64,000 nucleotides of DNA from Macrostomum lignano (Eukaryota): positions 1 through 64,000 of the forward strand of contig NIVC01001167.1 in the NCBI GenBank assembly GCA_002269645.1, read 5' to 3'. Positions 26,293-39,944 of this stretch are shown in pieces. The number at the start of each line of letters is the position of its first letter. The first letter of the stretch is position 1. A program made the position numbers and the translations under genes. The notes below the pieces were generated by a model. The model ran no database searches and was not told where the DNA came from. It was given only the letters and a program-made list of their open reading frames with translations.

Positions 26293-26726
26293 TAACCTGT
26301 AGTCCAATTACTCAAGCAACAAGACGAGTACATTTAATTTTTGTTCCATCCAATCCATACTCTAGCTCTAAATCTCGTAGAAGTCCATGAACCCGCGCCC
26401 GAAGTCCCTTTCTCTCTCCTGTCTTCCTTACCCTAGGCGAAGTACAAAGCAGACAGCGGAGAGGTTAACTCAGGCTACAGCTCTCACTTTAGTCAACAAA
26501 AGACTCCCAATTGTACGCCTGGCCTCCGCTCTGAATATACTTGTAGGAGACTAATTGGGGTCTAGAAACAGTGTGGGACCAACTCAGCCACATTTTGTAC
26601 ACCAAAGCTTAAAAAGTATTGTAATTTTGTACTTTTCATGAGCAACTTTCACTTGCTGTGTGTTGAATTATTGGAGTAGTTCTGTCAGGGAGAGGCGAGG
26701 GTAGGGAAGAGGGCCTGCATTGCCTC

Positions 26727-27449
<723 letters not shown>

Positions 27450-28316
27450 TTGTTTTGCAGGCAGCATGTCCGGCTGCAAAGACTGGAGGATCAGCGAGCC
27501 GATGACATAAGAACTGCGTTGTCTCGCCTGCCGCTGCTCAAAGAATTCCCTCAGCAGTGCTCAAGCAGCAACCACAGACTGAAGCCGCTGAGGCGAACCA
27601 ATGTGCAAAACTGCTACAAGAAAACAAAGAATGTTTCAGAAACTTTATGCTTTAGGCAATCAAAATAGGTTTTTAGTTTAGAAAACAGTAGCAGCACTGC
27701 AACTAGTGCAGTGACATTTCCAGTAGCAAAACTTCATGTCAATCCTTTTTTCGAAAAAAACTCAAATTTTTCAGCATATTCGCCCTATTAGCTACTTATC
27801 CCAGTAGAATCTATAGTTTTGTCATCATTATGAGTAAAGTTCAAGTTCAAGTTCAAGTAAATTTTATGATTACTAATTACTGGATAACTCATTCGGTGAC
27901 ATCTGATTGACGAATGAATATGGACAGGTGAAGAATTTCACCTTGAATAGTCAGTTGTGTTGACAAGTTGTGTCCTTTTAAATATAGCAGGTTTTTTGCC
28001 TCTCACGCAGGAGACACCATCATAGCAGAAGAACTCCGCAGAACATGCAATGAATAGGCATATATTTGCGCTTATATACCAGCAACATTAATAATAATAT
28101 TAGTTTGAAAATGCGCTTAAAACAATGTCTTAAAACAACAACAGCATGGTCCTGAAAGTCTCTTTTACGTGAATAAACCATCAGGTCGAGCTTACGAAAA
28201 CTGCATTTGGAGGAACAAACTCGGACAACTTATGGACATCTGTTGCAACCATAACTCTGGATTCGCTTGCGAGTGCATAGACCCCTCTGCGAATCTGAGG
28301 TTCTTTGATTGGAAGA

Positions 28317-28508
28317 TGGTGCTGGCGCCCCTGGTGCTGGCGCCTCTGGTGCTGGCGCCTCTGGTGCTGGCGCCTCTGGTGCTGGCGCCTCTGGTGCTGG
28401 CGCCTCTGGTGCTGGCGCCTCTGGTGCTGGCGCCTCTGGTGCTGGCGCCTCTGGTGCTGGCGCCTCTGGTGCTGGCGCCTCTGGTGCTGGCGCCTCTGGT
28501 GCTGGCGG
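28317..28508. repeat. 15-bp minisatellite (CTGGTGCTGGCGCCT)
   Basis: About 13 near-perfect copies. Confidence 0.95.
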
Positions 28509-28829
28509 TACTAAAATTTAGCTAAGTATCTTAATACAGTGGATGCTACAGCTGATGTCTGCAACATATTTAATCTTCAGCCACTTTACTGACAGAGGAC
28601 AGGATGAACAGGTCAGTAAGATGTTTATGTTTCATATCCACTGTCATGCATACATGTACGAATAACTTCGAAAAATTAAAACAAGTACATGTATGTCACT
28701 CGCCATTAAAAAAGTAAAAAAAGTAGAACGGCTACTCTGTTTTGGTAGTAAGAGCTCGTAGTTGTTTAAGCTGTGTAACATAAATTGTAACGTAAACATA
28801 AACTGTGTAAAAAAAAGTGGAGCATATGG

Positions 28830-29560
28830 GAGCAACGAGCATTTAACTACGCAGCCCCGCATGCAAATGTCACGGTTACAGAGCCACAGAGCGGACGAAG
28901 TCCGCTCCGTTGGAGTGTCGGGTGCCCCAGCGTCGCACAGCAGGCAGTCCACGTATCCATCACGGGTTTGGGCCTGACCCCGCCTGAACGGGCCCTGCAA
29001 AGTGAGCAGCAGGACGTCCTGAACAGGTTGGGGGCAGTAGCCCTTGATCACGTGGCCCGCCAGTTGAAGTCGCTGCCGGCGCAGGATGATGAACGGGCGC
29101 TGCAGCTTGGCCCGATCGTACAGGGCCTCGGTCCCGACGCTCGATCTCGTCAGCTTAAAAGACCGCGCGGAGCAGCCCTGAGTGCGCCGAGTCCAGCTGC
29201 CGCTCTAGCGTCAGCCGTCAGCGTCCACGTCTCGGCGTTGTAGAGCAGGACGGTTTCGACCACCGCCTGCCACAGCCGAGCCCTCTGGCGATCGGGCAGC
29301 GCTTCGGACTGGAGTACGGCCCGGATCGAAAATAAGGCTGCCCGGGGCAAGTCCTCTGGCCGCCGGAGGTCTTCCTCCACGTAGGGCACCAGACCGCCGA
29401 GGTAGGTGAACCGCTGGCAGCATGCGAGTTTGGTCATCTGCCCGTCTGCGCCGCGGCACGTCAGGTCCGCTGGGATGTCGGCCGGCACAGTCAGCACCTC
29501 GGTCTTCAGCGTGTTGACGATCAGACCGACGCTCGATGCCAGCTCGACCAGCCTGTCGAT
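28830..29560 (-). mobile_element. 5'-truncated, frameshifted non-LTR retrotransposon (RTE/L2-type RT C-terminal region)
   Basis: GLIVNTLKTEVL, FTYLGG, LWQAVVETVLLYNAETWTLT, then after frameshifts YCPQPVQDVLLL..GPFRRGQ. These are typical post-RT motifs of RTE-like LINEs. Ends are approximate. Confidence 0.75.
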
Positions 29561-29771
29561 CGCTCGATGTACGCTAATGAACGCAAGACAGATTAAACTC
29601 AGCCGAGGGGGCAGGCCCAATCTGGCTCAGCCAATGAGAAAGCAGTAAGGAGGGGTCGTTAAAGTCAGGAGTCTAGGGGGCAGGCCTAATCTAGCTCAGC
29701 CAATCAGAGAGCAGTAAGGAAAAAGGTCAAAGTCAGACGTAAGCCAAACTATTTACCAACCAGGCTGGTGT

Positions 29772-31410
29772 TGTATCTCTAATAGATAATCGGCTTAGCT
29801 TAATAATCCGCTCAGTCGCGGTGGCCGTCTTCAGTACGACGTATATTTTCATACGGTTACAGTCACGCGTATAATTGTCTATGACCAAAGCCACACAACT
29901 AAGGCTGGGGATACACCATCTCCCCTTTCAAAGTTCAACTATCATAGGTTTTCCTCCTATAGGTCAACCTGTAGCATCTGAGGTTTCTTAGTCTCTCGGC
30001 CGAATCGGGTCCTCCTTGGCTCGGCCGACCCTCCGGATGCTCCAGGCATGCCTTGCTCGGTAGCACCGTCCGCGGCGGTCTTCTTGGCCTCGAATGGGCT
30101 GACTGGGATCCGCTTCCTGATGAACTTGCGGTTCCGCCGTAGACATCTCCCACTCGCCAGTCGAATCATGAAATCTCGGTTCCGTCCGGCTTCCACGATC
30201 ACGCCGTACTTGTCCCATCATCCGGTGTGACAGTCCTGAACCACCACTCTGTCATGCACTTTGATGTCCGGCAGGGGCTGAGCGTCTTGGTTGTAGTATT
30301 TCTCCGTAGTCGCCTTGACTCTAGTCTGCTTCTCCTCGATCTCAGCTGCAGATTTTTGCCATTCAGGTGCGAACGCTCTTCTGTGTGCCGGAATCGTGTC
30401 ACGAATTGAGTGGCCGAACACTGTTTCAGCTGGGGACTTGCCGTCGTATCTTGGAGTGTTGAGATAGACTAAGAGGCCTTTTGACAGTTTCTCCCAATCC
30501 AGCGTGCCAGCCTGATGGTTACAAGACCCTCTGACGATCTTCTTCATTTCTTTCACCACAGCTTTGGCGCGTTCGTTGCTCTGTGGATAATGTGGAGACG
30601 ATACTCGGTGTTCGACGTTCCAGCGTGCTAGTAGGAAATCCTTGAAAATTTTTGCGTTGAATTGTGGACCGGCGTCTGACCAGAAAATGTCGGGGACCGA
30701 TTTCTCGACGAATCTCTGTCGGATAGCACTGACGACTTTGGTTGCGGGTGTGTCATCGCCAAGGTAATTGAGAGCTGCCCAACCGGATAGGCCATCCACG
30801 ATGACAAGGAAATTCTTCCCTGCATATTCAAATAGATCCGCGTAGATCTCTTGGAAGACTCGTTCCGGTGGCTCTCGAACGACCATGGGTTCCTTCGCCA
30901 GGCTAGGAAGATTTTCTTGGCATGGTTTGCACGTCTTAGCGATCTGCTCGATGTCGTTGATCAGGCCAGGCCAGAAAATGCTTTGCCTTGCTTGCTCCTT
31001 CATTTTGTGGCATCCCTGGTGCATCTTCAGGAGATTTTCGAGGACGCTTCTCCTTAGCTTCCTAGGGATCAGTAGCCGTCGTCCAGCCAGGATAAGGTCG
31101 TCTTCGACGCAGAGTTGTTGCCGTAGGTGCCAGTACGCACGGATATTCTCTTGGAGGTTCGCCTTGCAGTTTGGAAAACCATCTAGGATTATCTTCTTGA
31201 GAAGCCGATATTCTGAATCACGGTTTGCTGCTTCGGAGATTTCTTTCTCCGACTGCAACAGAGCGTGCACTGAGCTGATAGCCTGCTCCGTGTCGTCGAA
31301 TTCCATGATCTGATCGCTCGCTTTAGGCTCCTCCACCGGCGCTCTGGACAGTGCGTTAGCGTCATCATTTAGCTTGTACTTGATCCACCGAGCATTGATG
31401 CACCAGCTGG
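29772..31410 (-). mobile_element. Ty3/Gypsy LTR retrotransposon 3' fragment: integrase, PPT and short 3' LTR
   Basis: ORF 30218-31522 has ANALSRAP, zinc finger HQG..H..C..C (WPGLINDIEQIAKTCKPCQ) and rve core IYADLFEYAG / SDAGPQF / SSPHYPQSN; the catalytic Glu region is degenerate (SNERAKAVV). PPT GAAAGGGGAGATGG at 29929-29916 is followed by TGTAT...ATACA (29915-29772). No gag, protease or RT is present. Confidence 0.85.
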
Positions 31411-31992
31411 GGTCTGGTGCGCCACCAATTTTCTCTCCAAATTTTCGCTCCACAAGTAAACTGAATTTAGCATTTTCAAGTTTTCCTTTAATCTTCAGTC
31501 TTGATTTTTTCGGGGTCATCACATGGCCGAGTCATTGACACACCTTGAATGCGCTAGAGCTATTGCGGATCCCTGCAAGGCTTTGGGGTGGAGTACGGCG
31601 ATACAGGAAATTAGTACCCTGCTACATGTACACGTGTCTTTCTGCACAGTACTGAAAATATAAGAAAATATTAGATAAGATAGAGAGCTGTAGAGAGAGA
31701 GAGAGAGAGATTCATAAAGTCTGTTTATATTCACAGCTTGGATAAATTAGAAAAATAAAAAATACATGCATTCGAGCTAAAAGCTGTTTTACCCAGATAC
31801 ATATAATTCTTGCTGCCTTAGAACACAACAGGTAAAGTTGAAATACGACTTTTCTTTATTATTTCCATAGACATTCATGGAAAAGTAACTAACTTTATTA
31901 GTAGCAGAAGCCTATTCTACCAATTTTGAAACTTATGTGGCACAAAAAACGTTTAACGAGTCAATTAAAACAGTCGAATACCCAGTGTGTAC

Positions 31993-32458
31993 GGGGGGTG
32001 CTTTCACAAGGTCGAAATTTCATAACACCGAAAACTTTAGCAAGAGACTTCATAAGGTCGAAATTTCACAAAGTCGAAAACTTAAATATCAACCACTTTC
32101 ACAAAGTCGAAACTTCACAAGGTCGAAATTTTACATCGAAAACTCAGTAAGAGACTTTATAAGGTCGACATTTCACAAGATCGAAATTTCAAAACATCGA
32201 AAAATTAAATAGCTGCCACTTACACAAGGTCGAAACTTCATAAGCTCGAAATTTCACAAAGTCGAAAACTTTCGCGCGTATAACGAGAACTATGCTAAAG
32301 TTTTCTACGTTGTGAAATTTCGACCTTATGAAGTTTCGACCCTGTGAAAGTGGCAGCTATTTGAGTTTTCGGTGTTATGAAATTTCGACCTTGTGAAATT
32401 TCGATCTTGTGAAGGGTGCTTTCGACGTTGTGAAATTTCGAGTTTGTGAAATCCCCCC
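31993..32458. mobile_element. Foldback/MITE built from TTCACAAGGTCGAAAT subrepeats
   Basis: GGGGGG...CCCCCC termini, inverted arms, and flanking direct repeat TGTGTAC at 31986-31992 and 32459-32465. Confidence 0.7.
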
Positions 32459-33132
32459 TGTGTACACTCGTTGAGTCACGTGACACGACAGTTCGTTTCC
32501 AAGAAATAAGCTTCGGCGGAAAAAGCGTACTGCCTGCACAAAATTATAACAATATTAAACACATTGCCAAAACTGATTTTTTTACAAAGTCATGGTCTCT
32601 TTTTAAAGATTAAAAAATTGTTCACAACTGGCACTATCAAGTTTCATTTTAAATTGAGCGGAAGTTTATAAGGCAAGAAATTATGAAACTTTTTTGCTTT
32701 GCTTAACAAAAGGGAAGCTCCTCTTTTGAACCTACCTATATCAACCCTCTCCCCCAATGTACACTCAATGTACATTTGCAAAGTACACGTATCTTTGCTA
32801 TTACCGCGTAAAAATAAGGAACTACGAGCTGTTTAGCTGGAATAAGCTCTGGCAACTCTAAATGCAGAACAGTTTTTAGAAGAACTTCATGCAATACACA
32901 TTTGCACTTGCCTAAAACTTGTGAAGCAACGGTAAGTTCTAAAGGGGCTGATCGAAAATTACCTTGGAATTTCAGTTGATCATAGCTATACATCTACATC
33001 CCGAGTAATGTGTATTTTGAATGAGCAGGTAAATACAGTTTCACTTGGCCAATAATAAACGCTTGAAAGTTGAAATTGCTTAAATTTTAGTTCGACAGTT
33101 CGCTCAATCTCGACAGCTATTCGAAGAAGGAC

Positions 33133-36100
33133 ATGCCAGATCTAATCAGGGCCTACGTCTTAGGTCGGAGACGCTGGAGGATTAAAATTTGGAATTCTGG
33201 TCGAATACAAAAGTCTTCTGGAAGAAGGCATCCCGCCACTCAGTTTGTTATTTATGTGGTGTTTAACAAAAACTCTGTCAAAAATCGATTGACGTCAGCT
33301 TTAGCATTTACTCGGATAAAGAATATTGATTTTTTTGCTTGCCAAGTGTTTGATACAGAATCAGTGCTGACTGTCGCTAAAATTGGTCGTTTGAAACTGC
33401 TCGACTCAATCAGATCCCAACTAATGGACACAGGACTATGCTTAGAGGCTGCTAAATGTGCCGCACAGTTTGGTCGTGTGTCAGTTGTGCGCTGTCTGTA
33501 TTTAAAACTGCAAAGAGAATTTATTGACGAATTCTGCATTGAGACAGCGAAATCTGCGGCCACATATCACCAGTGGGAAATTGTTCAACTCTTGATGACG
33601 TCCACTCTGCAGCACTGGCGATCGGATGAGACTTCGCTGACAGTCGTGAACCTGCCGACCGAGGAGAGCATGTTTGCAGACTTCTGCATGGTTGAGTTCA
33701 GAGACACGCCAAGTATGAACATGATAGAGATGATGAAGTTTCTGCTTCAACAGATTTCTGACATCCCGGACAGGAATCGGTGCTGCCTGGAGGTGGCGAA
33801 ATTTGCTGCTAAGAAAACCGAATGGGAAGTCGTGAAACTTTTAGTAGCCAGCGTTACAGACTGCTTTGCAAGAGATCAGTGCTTCTTTGAATTCATAGAA
33901 GATGTCGCAGTAAAATGCGAGTGGAGCACCCTGAATCTGTTTCTGCACTGTATAATAAAAGACGATCTAAAGAAGATTTCCTGTAAGAAAGCAGTGTCTG
34001 CCGCTTCAACAGTAGGAAATTGTGAAGTTCTAAAGCTTTTTAAACAGATCGTGGTTGATTCTACGTTGAAATTTCATTGCTGCGCGGTTTTCGTAAACGG
34101 AGTTGCAGAATGTGGCGATTCTAAGATAATAATTTTGCTGCTCGAGCAGATTTCTGATGAACGTCTGCGAGATCAGTGCTGTTCTGAAGGGGCAAAGTCC
34201 GCTGCCAAGTTCGGGCATCTGGAATTGTTGAAACTATTGTCTCGGGAAATTACTCACCCGGAGCTAAAAGAGACTTGCTACGTACAAGCTGTGAATGCCG
34301 CTGCAACAGAACGCCAGTGGGAGTCTGTGGAGTTCCTGCTGAAGGTGGCATGCGATCAAACCATGAGGGTCAAATGCTGCACAAAGGCTGCTAAGTCGGC
34401 AGCAAGATTTGGAAATTTAAAGATTCTTGACTATGCTGTTAATTTGATATGCGACTTAAATTTCAAAGATAGCTGCTGCTTACAGGCAGCGCTGATTGCT
34501 GCAGATGAGCATCAGTGGGAAGTGGTGAAATTTCTTGTGCAGACTGTGACAGACAGAAATGTGAGAGATCGGTGCTGCATGGAGGCAGTGAGGCCTGCTG
34601 CACGAGACAGTCAGTGGAAAGTGGTGAAGTTTCTGGTCCAGACCATTTCTGACCAAAGCCTGAGAGACCAGTGCTGCATTGAAGCGGCAAAATCTGCAGC
34701 AATCAACGGTGTTTTGAAGGAGGTGAAGGTCCTGGTGCATACAGTCGCTGACCAAAAATTGAGAGATCACGGTTGCAAGGAGGCAGCGAAATCTGCTGCA
34801 GTCAATGGGCAGTTGGAGGTGGTAAAGTTTCTGGTTCAGACAGTCGCTGACCAAACAAACAGAGATCAGTGCTGCATTGAGGCAGCAGTATCTGCTGCAA
34901 GTGAGGGTCAGTGGGAAGTACTGAAGTTTCTGGTGCAGACAGTCGTTGACCAAACAAGCAGAGACCATTGCTGCATTGAGGCAGCAAAATCTGCTTCAAG
35001 CAAAGGTCACTTCGGTGTTATGAAATTTCTGATGCAGACAGTCGCTGACGAAACAAAAAGAGATCAGTGCTGCACTGATGCAGCGAAATCTGCTGCAAGA
35101 AAGGGTCGGTGGGAAGTGGTAAAGTTTCTGGTTCAGTCAGTCGCTAATCAAACAAACAGAGATCAGTGCTGCATTGAAGCAGCAGGATCTGCTGCAAGCG
35201 AGGGTCAGTGGGAAGTATTGAAGTTTCTGGTGCAGACAGTCGCTGACCAAACAAACAGAGATCAGTGCTGCATTGAGGCAGTGAAATCTGCTGCAAGCAA
35301 TGGTCAGTGGGAAATTGTGAAGGTTCTGGTGCAGACAGTCGCTGACCAAACAAACAGAGATCAGTGCTGCATTGAGGCAGCAAAATCTGCTGCAAGCAAA
35401 GGTCAGTGGGAGGTGGTGAAGTTTCTGGTTCAGTCAGTCGCTGACCAAACAAACAGAGATCAGTGCTGCATTGAGGCAGCAAAATCTGCTGCAAGCAAAG
35501 GTCAGTGGGAGGTGGTGAAGTTTCTGGTTGAGTCAGTCGCTGACCAAACAAACAGAGATCAGTGCTGCATTGGGGCAGCGAAATATGCTGCTGAAGAGGG
35601 TCAGCTAGAAGTCGCGAAGTTCTTCATCTCATGTATCTCAAGTCCGGATCCCAAAGCGAATCTCCGTTTCCAATATGCAGTCGCGGCTTGCTCTCGTCTT
35701 CATGAAGATGTCGTTGCATCCCTCGGCCTCGAGCCCGACTGGCTCTTCCAATCCAGCACCATCCTCAGCTTCACTGCAGCAATGGCCATCGAAGGCAGGA
35801 ACTCTGTTCTCACCGACACCCTCTCTCGAATGCAGCCAGCTCACATCACACAGCTGCTTCGTCTCTCCATCTCTCAAAGACACGTGGCTCTTGCTGTCAC
35901 ACTGATCAATGATGAGCGAGTCAGCACACAGCATGTCGATCTGCCAGACAGCACTGGAGCCACTGCTCTCATGCTGGCAGCTGATGAAGGTCATCACGAG
36001 CTCATTGAGAAACTCATCGATCTCGGTGCGTCAGTGCGTGCTAAAGACAGTCAGGGTCGGACTGCTCTGTCACGAGCGTGCGAAGCCGGTCACGTGCGAG

Positions 36101-39100
36101 CAGCCAAGGCTCTGATGGACAGAGGAGCGGATGCGAGTCATCGAGACGGTCGGGGTCTGACGTGTGCGCAGGTGGCACAGCGATTTGAGCAGCGGCAGGT
36201 GCTCCGACTTCTTGAACAGAATTCAGTGTGAGGATTATAATGTTATTATCGGAGCTAAAAGTCCTTCTAAAATGAAAATAGGCAGTTGCTTATGAAGTAT
36301 TTGCACTTTAGTTGGTCTGGAGATGGCCTGCATGGTAGGTCTTAGAATCCCACCGCTGCCACCAATGTCGTGTCTGTTGGCTTCCTCAGGCTGTCTCGAA
36401 AGGGCTGGCAGATCTTCTAGCTCCTGGCGGAGGCGTCTAGCTGGCGGTTTCTTAGAAACTAGTTCTCGTAGCGTAGGTAGTGCTGCCACCAGCTTCGTAG
36501 ATTCGCAGCCTTTGGTGAGGTGCTGAGCTCGTAGAAGCAAATAACTAGCAATAACTAGCAGTTCTCGAGCAGAGGCGTCCACAGTCAGCAGTCCCTGCCG
36601 GGCTGGTGCGGGGTTAGAGCGATGGTGCTAGCTTCGGGCGATCTGAGCTGGCCCGCTAACAGATAGCAGGAACAATTAGAAGCAGGCACTCGCAAAGTCG
36701 GGAGTCTTGGAGTTCAAACTTAGGCTCAAACTTGGCACACGAACTTGGCTTGAAACTGAGAGACAGGTGAAACGGTGAGGCAGAAAAGGGGACGCGCTTG
36801 TCTGAGCCAAGCCATGAGAGGGACTGCATTTATAGGGAGCATCGTTTGCACCATATCACAAAATGGTGCAATCGATGCGCGTCATAGATGACGCTGTTGC
36901 TATTTTTAGCAACAAGCGAGCGGGTTCCGCCTCAGAAGAGGAGACAGGGGGTCCTGACGCACGTGATGTCCCCATAAACACGAGCCCAGTGCACAATGAG
37001 GAAATCATTGTACTTTGGACTAATAAGACAGAAGAGGCTTGTCATGTGACTGGCTCACACGACAAGGGGAAAAGGGCCCACAAGTGAAGGCACTCGTGAC
37101 CTTGGGACCGGAAAACAGAACGGCACTCCAGATTTGGAGGTGCCTAACAGAGACGAAACAGAGGCAGGCCAGACCAAGCTGTCTGGGCACTGCAAAACGA
37201 GAACACGAGACAAAAAGGGGCAAACGAGGACAAACAGACAGACAGGCAAACGGGCAAGGGACAGGCCAGAGGACAGGCGAGAAGGGACAGACAACTGCCC
37301 AGCGGCAGACAGAAGCCTGGGGCGAGGGCGAGGAAACCAGCTGACTAGTGCGGCGCCTAACTAAATAGCGACTCACTACACTTAGCATCTTATCAGTCTT
37401 ACTCATTTGCCAATTGTAGCAGAAACTTTATGGAAACCTTAGAAACTTTATACGTTAGAGTTAATAGTTGACTGCCAATTGAGAATTGCGTAATCTTCTT
37501 TATAAGTATTTGTCAGGGTCAAAGACGACACTCGGAATGAGAGGCAACTCAGCGAAGAGCATTCCAAGCTCTCAGACGACTCCCAGCAAGACAGGCGCCT
37601 GAGCGAAGAGCTTCATCGACTGCTTAGCGAGGCGGGATTCACCAGGGAGAGGGCGGAGTGTCAGCAGAGACTGGCTGACTGGCTTGAAGGAGTCGCTCGA
37701 GTCCTCACACAGGATGGCATGCAGATAACGGGAAGCTACGCAGAGGGCTGGGCCAACAGTCTGGTGCAAGTGAACGGCAGGACAGCTGCAGACTCGGACA
37801 TTGACTGGACTGTGCTGGTTTCTGGGCAAGAGTTCCACCTGGAAGGTGGCTGCGAAAGATGGAAGGACTCCTGCAGATATGCCACTCGGCTGCAAGTCAA
37901 GGAGGGCCACGCACAGGTGTCTGTGGGAGCAGGTGAGTGAGGCTGGGTTTAATAAATTCCGGACAATGTTTTGGTAGTTCATTGTGATGACGAGAATGAA
38001 GAGAAATGTAAAATTTTACAGCTAATTTCATTGCAGTAGATTAACAAGTGAAGTATTTGAAACAAACAATTCAGGAAATCAACCAACCGTGACAGCAACT
38101 GCATGCGGTGTGAGGCCTGCTCAAGACATCTGCCAGGCGATCCAGTGCTGCAGCAGTTTCTGTCAAAGCAGAGTTGAGAGGCTTCTCAGCTATCAGGATA
38201 CGAACGTTCACCTTGTCAGAGCGACCAGACCGAGCTCGACCAACGAGCTCAGAGTGAGCTTCAGCTTCCAAGAGAAAGAAATCATGAGACAGATGAGCAC
38301 AGTACAGGGCCAGCTGTTCACACTCATCAAGTTCATCTTCAAGAGACACTTGCCGCTCACTCTGGACACACCTGGACTCAAAACCTATCACGCAAAAACT
38401 ATGCTTTTCTTCATGCTGGAAAAGCATGGCACATATAGTTGGCGGAATGAGGCTTGGCAACCCCAATATCTGATCGCTCTGCTCAAGGAGTCTCTCGACA
38501 TGATGCTGAGCTTCATCAACTCAAACACTTCGCCCGATGAGTGCATGCCGCACTTCTTCATGCCCGACGCTCCGCTCTACTTCAAGAACGCTGGAATCGG
38601 CGGCGACTTTGACAACACGAAGGCGAGGGTTCGAGACCGACTTTGTGAGATGAGAAGCGACATCGGCGGAGTGGTCGAGCAGCTGAGGAGACTCGTGAGA
38701 CCTCTGCAGTCAGAGAAGTTCTACTTTCACCCGTTCACTCTGCTGCCTCTGACAGCGCCGCCTGCTGTCACGGAGATCAGGGAAAGAAGTAACTATCTGG
38801 AAACTTGCAAGTTTGCAGACGTGTACAGTGTGGTGCACCAGTGTGTGAGCGAGCTGCAGTCGGAATCGAGCGACAGAGACACCCTGATGAGGCAGCTCAG
38901 TCTCCTGCATGAGCTGCAGTGGTGCAAGTGCGCCGCCCTGTGCATGACCGCCATGGCGCATTTGAAGTTCGAAGAATCTGAGGAGGCTGAGAGATTCGCC
39001 ATGGAGCTGCAGAGACATCAAGTTGAGTCAGGGTTGAAGCCACAGGATATTCGAGATGAGAGTATAAGCAGTGGAGAAAAAGAGAAAAACTGCCAGAAGA

Positions 39101-39677
39101 CTCAGACTGGGCGTGGAGGTTCTGCCTCCCCTGCGACTCTCCGCCTCGCTTCCCATTCCTTCCCGAGTTCACGCAGACTCTGTTCACAGCCAGACTGTCG
39201 CAGCCTCTCTCCTCCCACCTGTACGTGAACTTCCGCTGCCTGAGCTGGAGTCTCCAAGCTGAGCTGCTCCGCAATCGCGCACCTGCAATCGCATTCGATC
39301 ATTGGATTGAGCAGCTGCTTGGAGACCCGGACTTGGAGGAGCTGCTTACTCTGGCTCACTACAGCGACTGCCGCGAGCACGTGGAGCTCAGCCTGCAGCA
39401 GATGGAGATGATCGAGAAAGAGAGACGCGTCGCCATGGAGACGCAGGACGAGGAGAAGATCGGCTGGGTCAGGCAGAAGCGGTGGCGAGTTTCGAACGGC
39501 AGCGGCAGCGACAGCGGCGCTCACCGCAGCAGGAAAGATGAGGAGCGGAGGCTGTGGGCGAGGGCGAGGTTGCTGCGAGACGGGGCCGACTTGGGGGGTC
39601 TGGTTGCCATGGAAACAGCAGTAGAGCAGTTAGACAGCTGGACTCACGCCAAGCTCAATAGAATGAAACTGCAATGA
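33133..39677 (+). CDS. Gene B: Cys-Cys ankyrin-like repeat + canonical ankyrin / cGAS-like (Mab-21, cGLR) nucleotidyltransferase fusion, ~1700 aa, with a 1-nt frameshift near 39061-39090
   Basis: Exons 33133(or 33424)-36227, 37517-37932 and 38075-39677. The TGA of the 1032-aa ORF lies in GT|GTGAGG at 36228; acceptor TATTTGTCAG ends at 37516, phase 2. The frame is open into LSEELHRLLSEAGFTRERAECQQRLADWL..GSYAEGW..DSDID. Intron 37933-38074 is phase 1. Downstream: PAQDICQAI, QGQLFTLIKFIFK, LKTYHAKTMLFFMLE, CMPHFFMPD. The start codon is uncertain. Confidence 0.85.
36241..37380 (-). mobile_element. Putative solo LTR or similar insertion in intron 1 of gene B
   Basis: The minus strand begins TGTAGTGAG and ends GATAATAACA, with a TATAAAT box at 36834-36828. 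No target-site duplication could be found. Confidence 0.4.
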
Positions 39678-39944
39678 CCTGATGATGAGGACTTCGTTGC
39701 CTTGGTTTTTTTGTCTCACGGCTTTTGGATCTAAAGTTACACTAGTGTACATGCAAATTTTTTGTAATTTTTTTCAAGTACATGTATTGTTCTTTTCTAA
39801 TTTCTTTTCTTCAGTTCTTCTGTACATGTCTTTGTGTGTCTTGGATTATTGTAGGTATATTTTCTTATAACGTACGTTGTATGCAACGTACTGCTACCAG
39901 ACTCAAATCAACCAATCTTCAAATCTGCAATTTTTAACCAGAAG

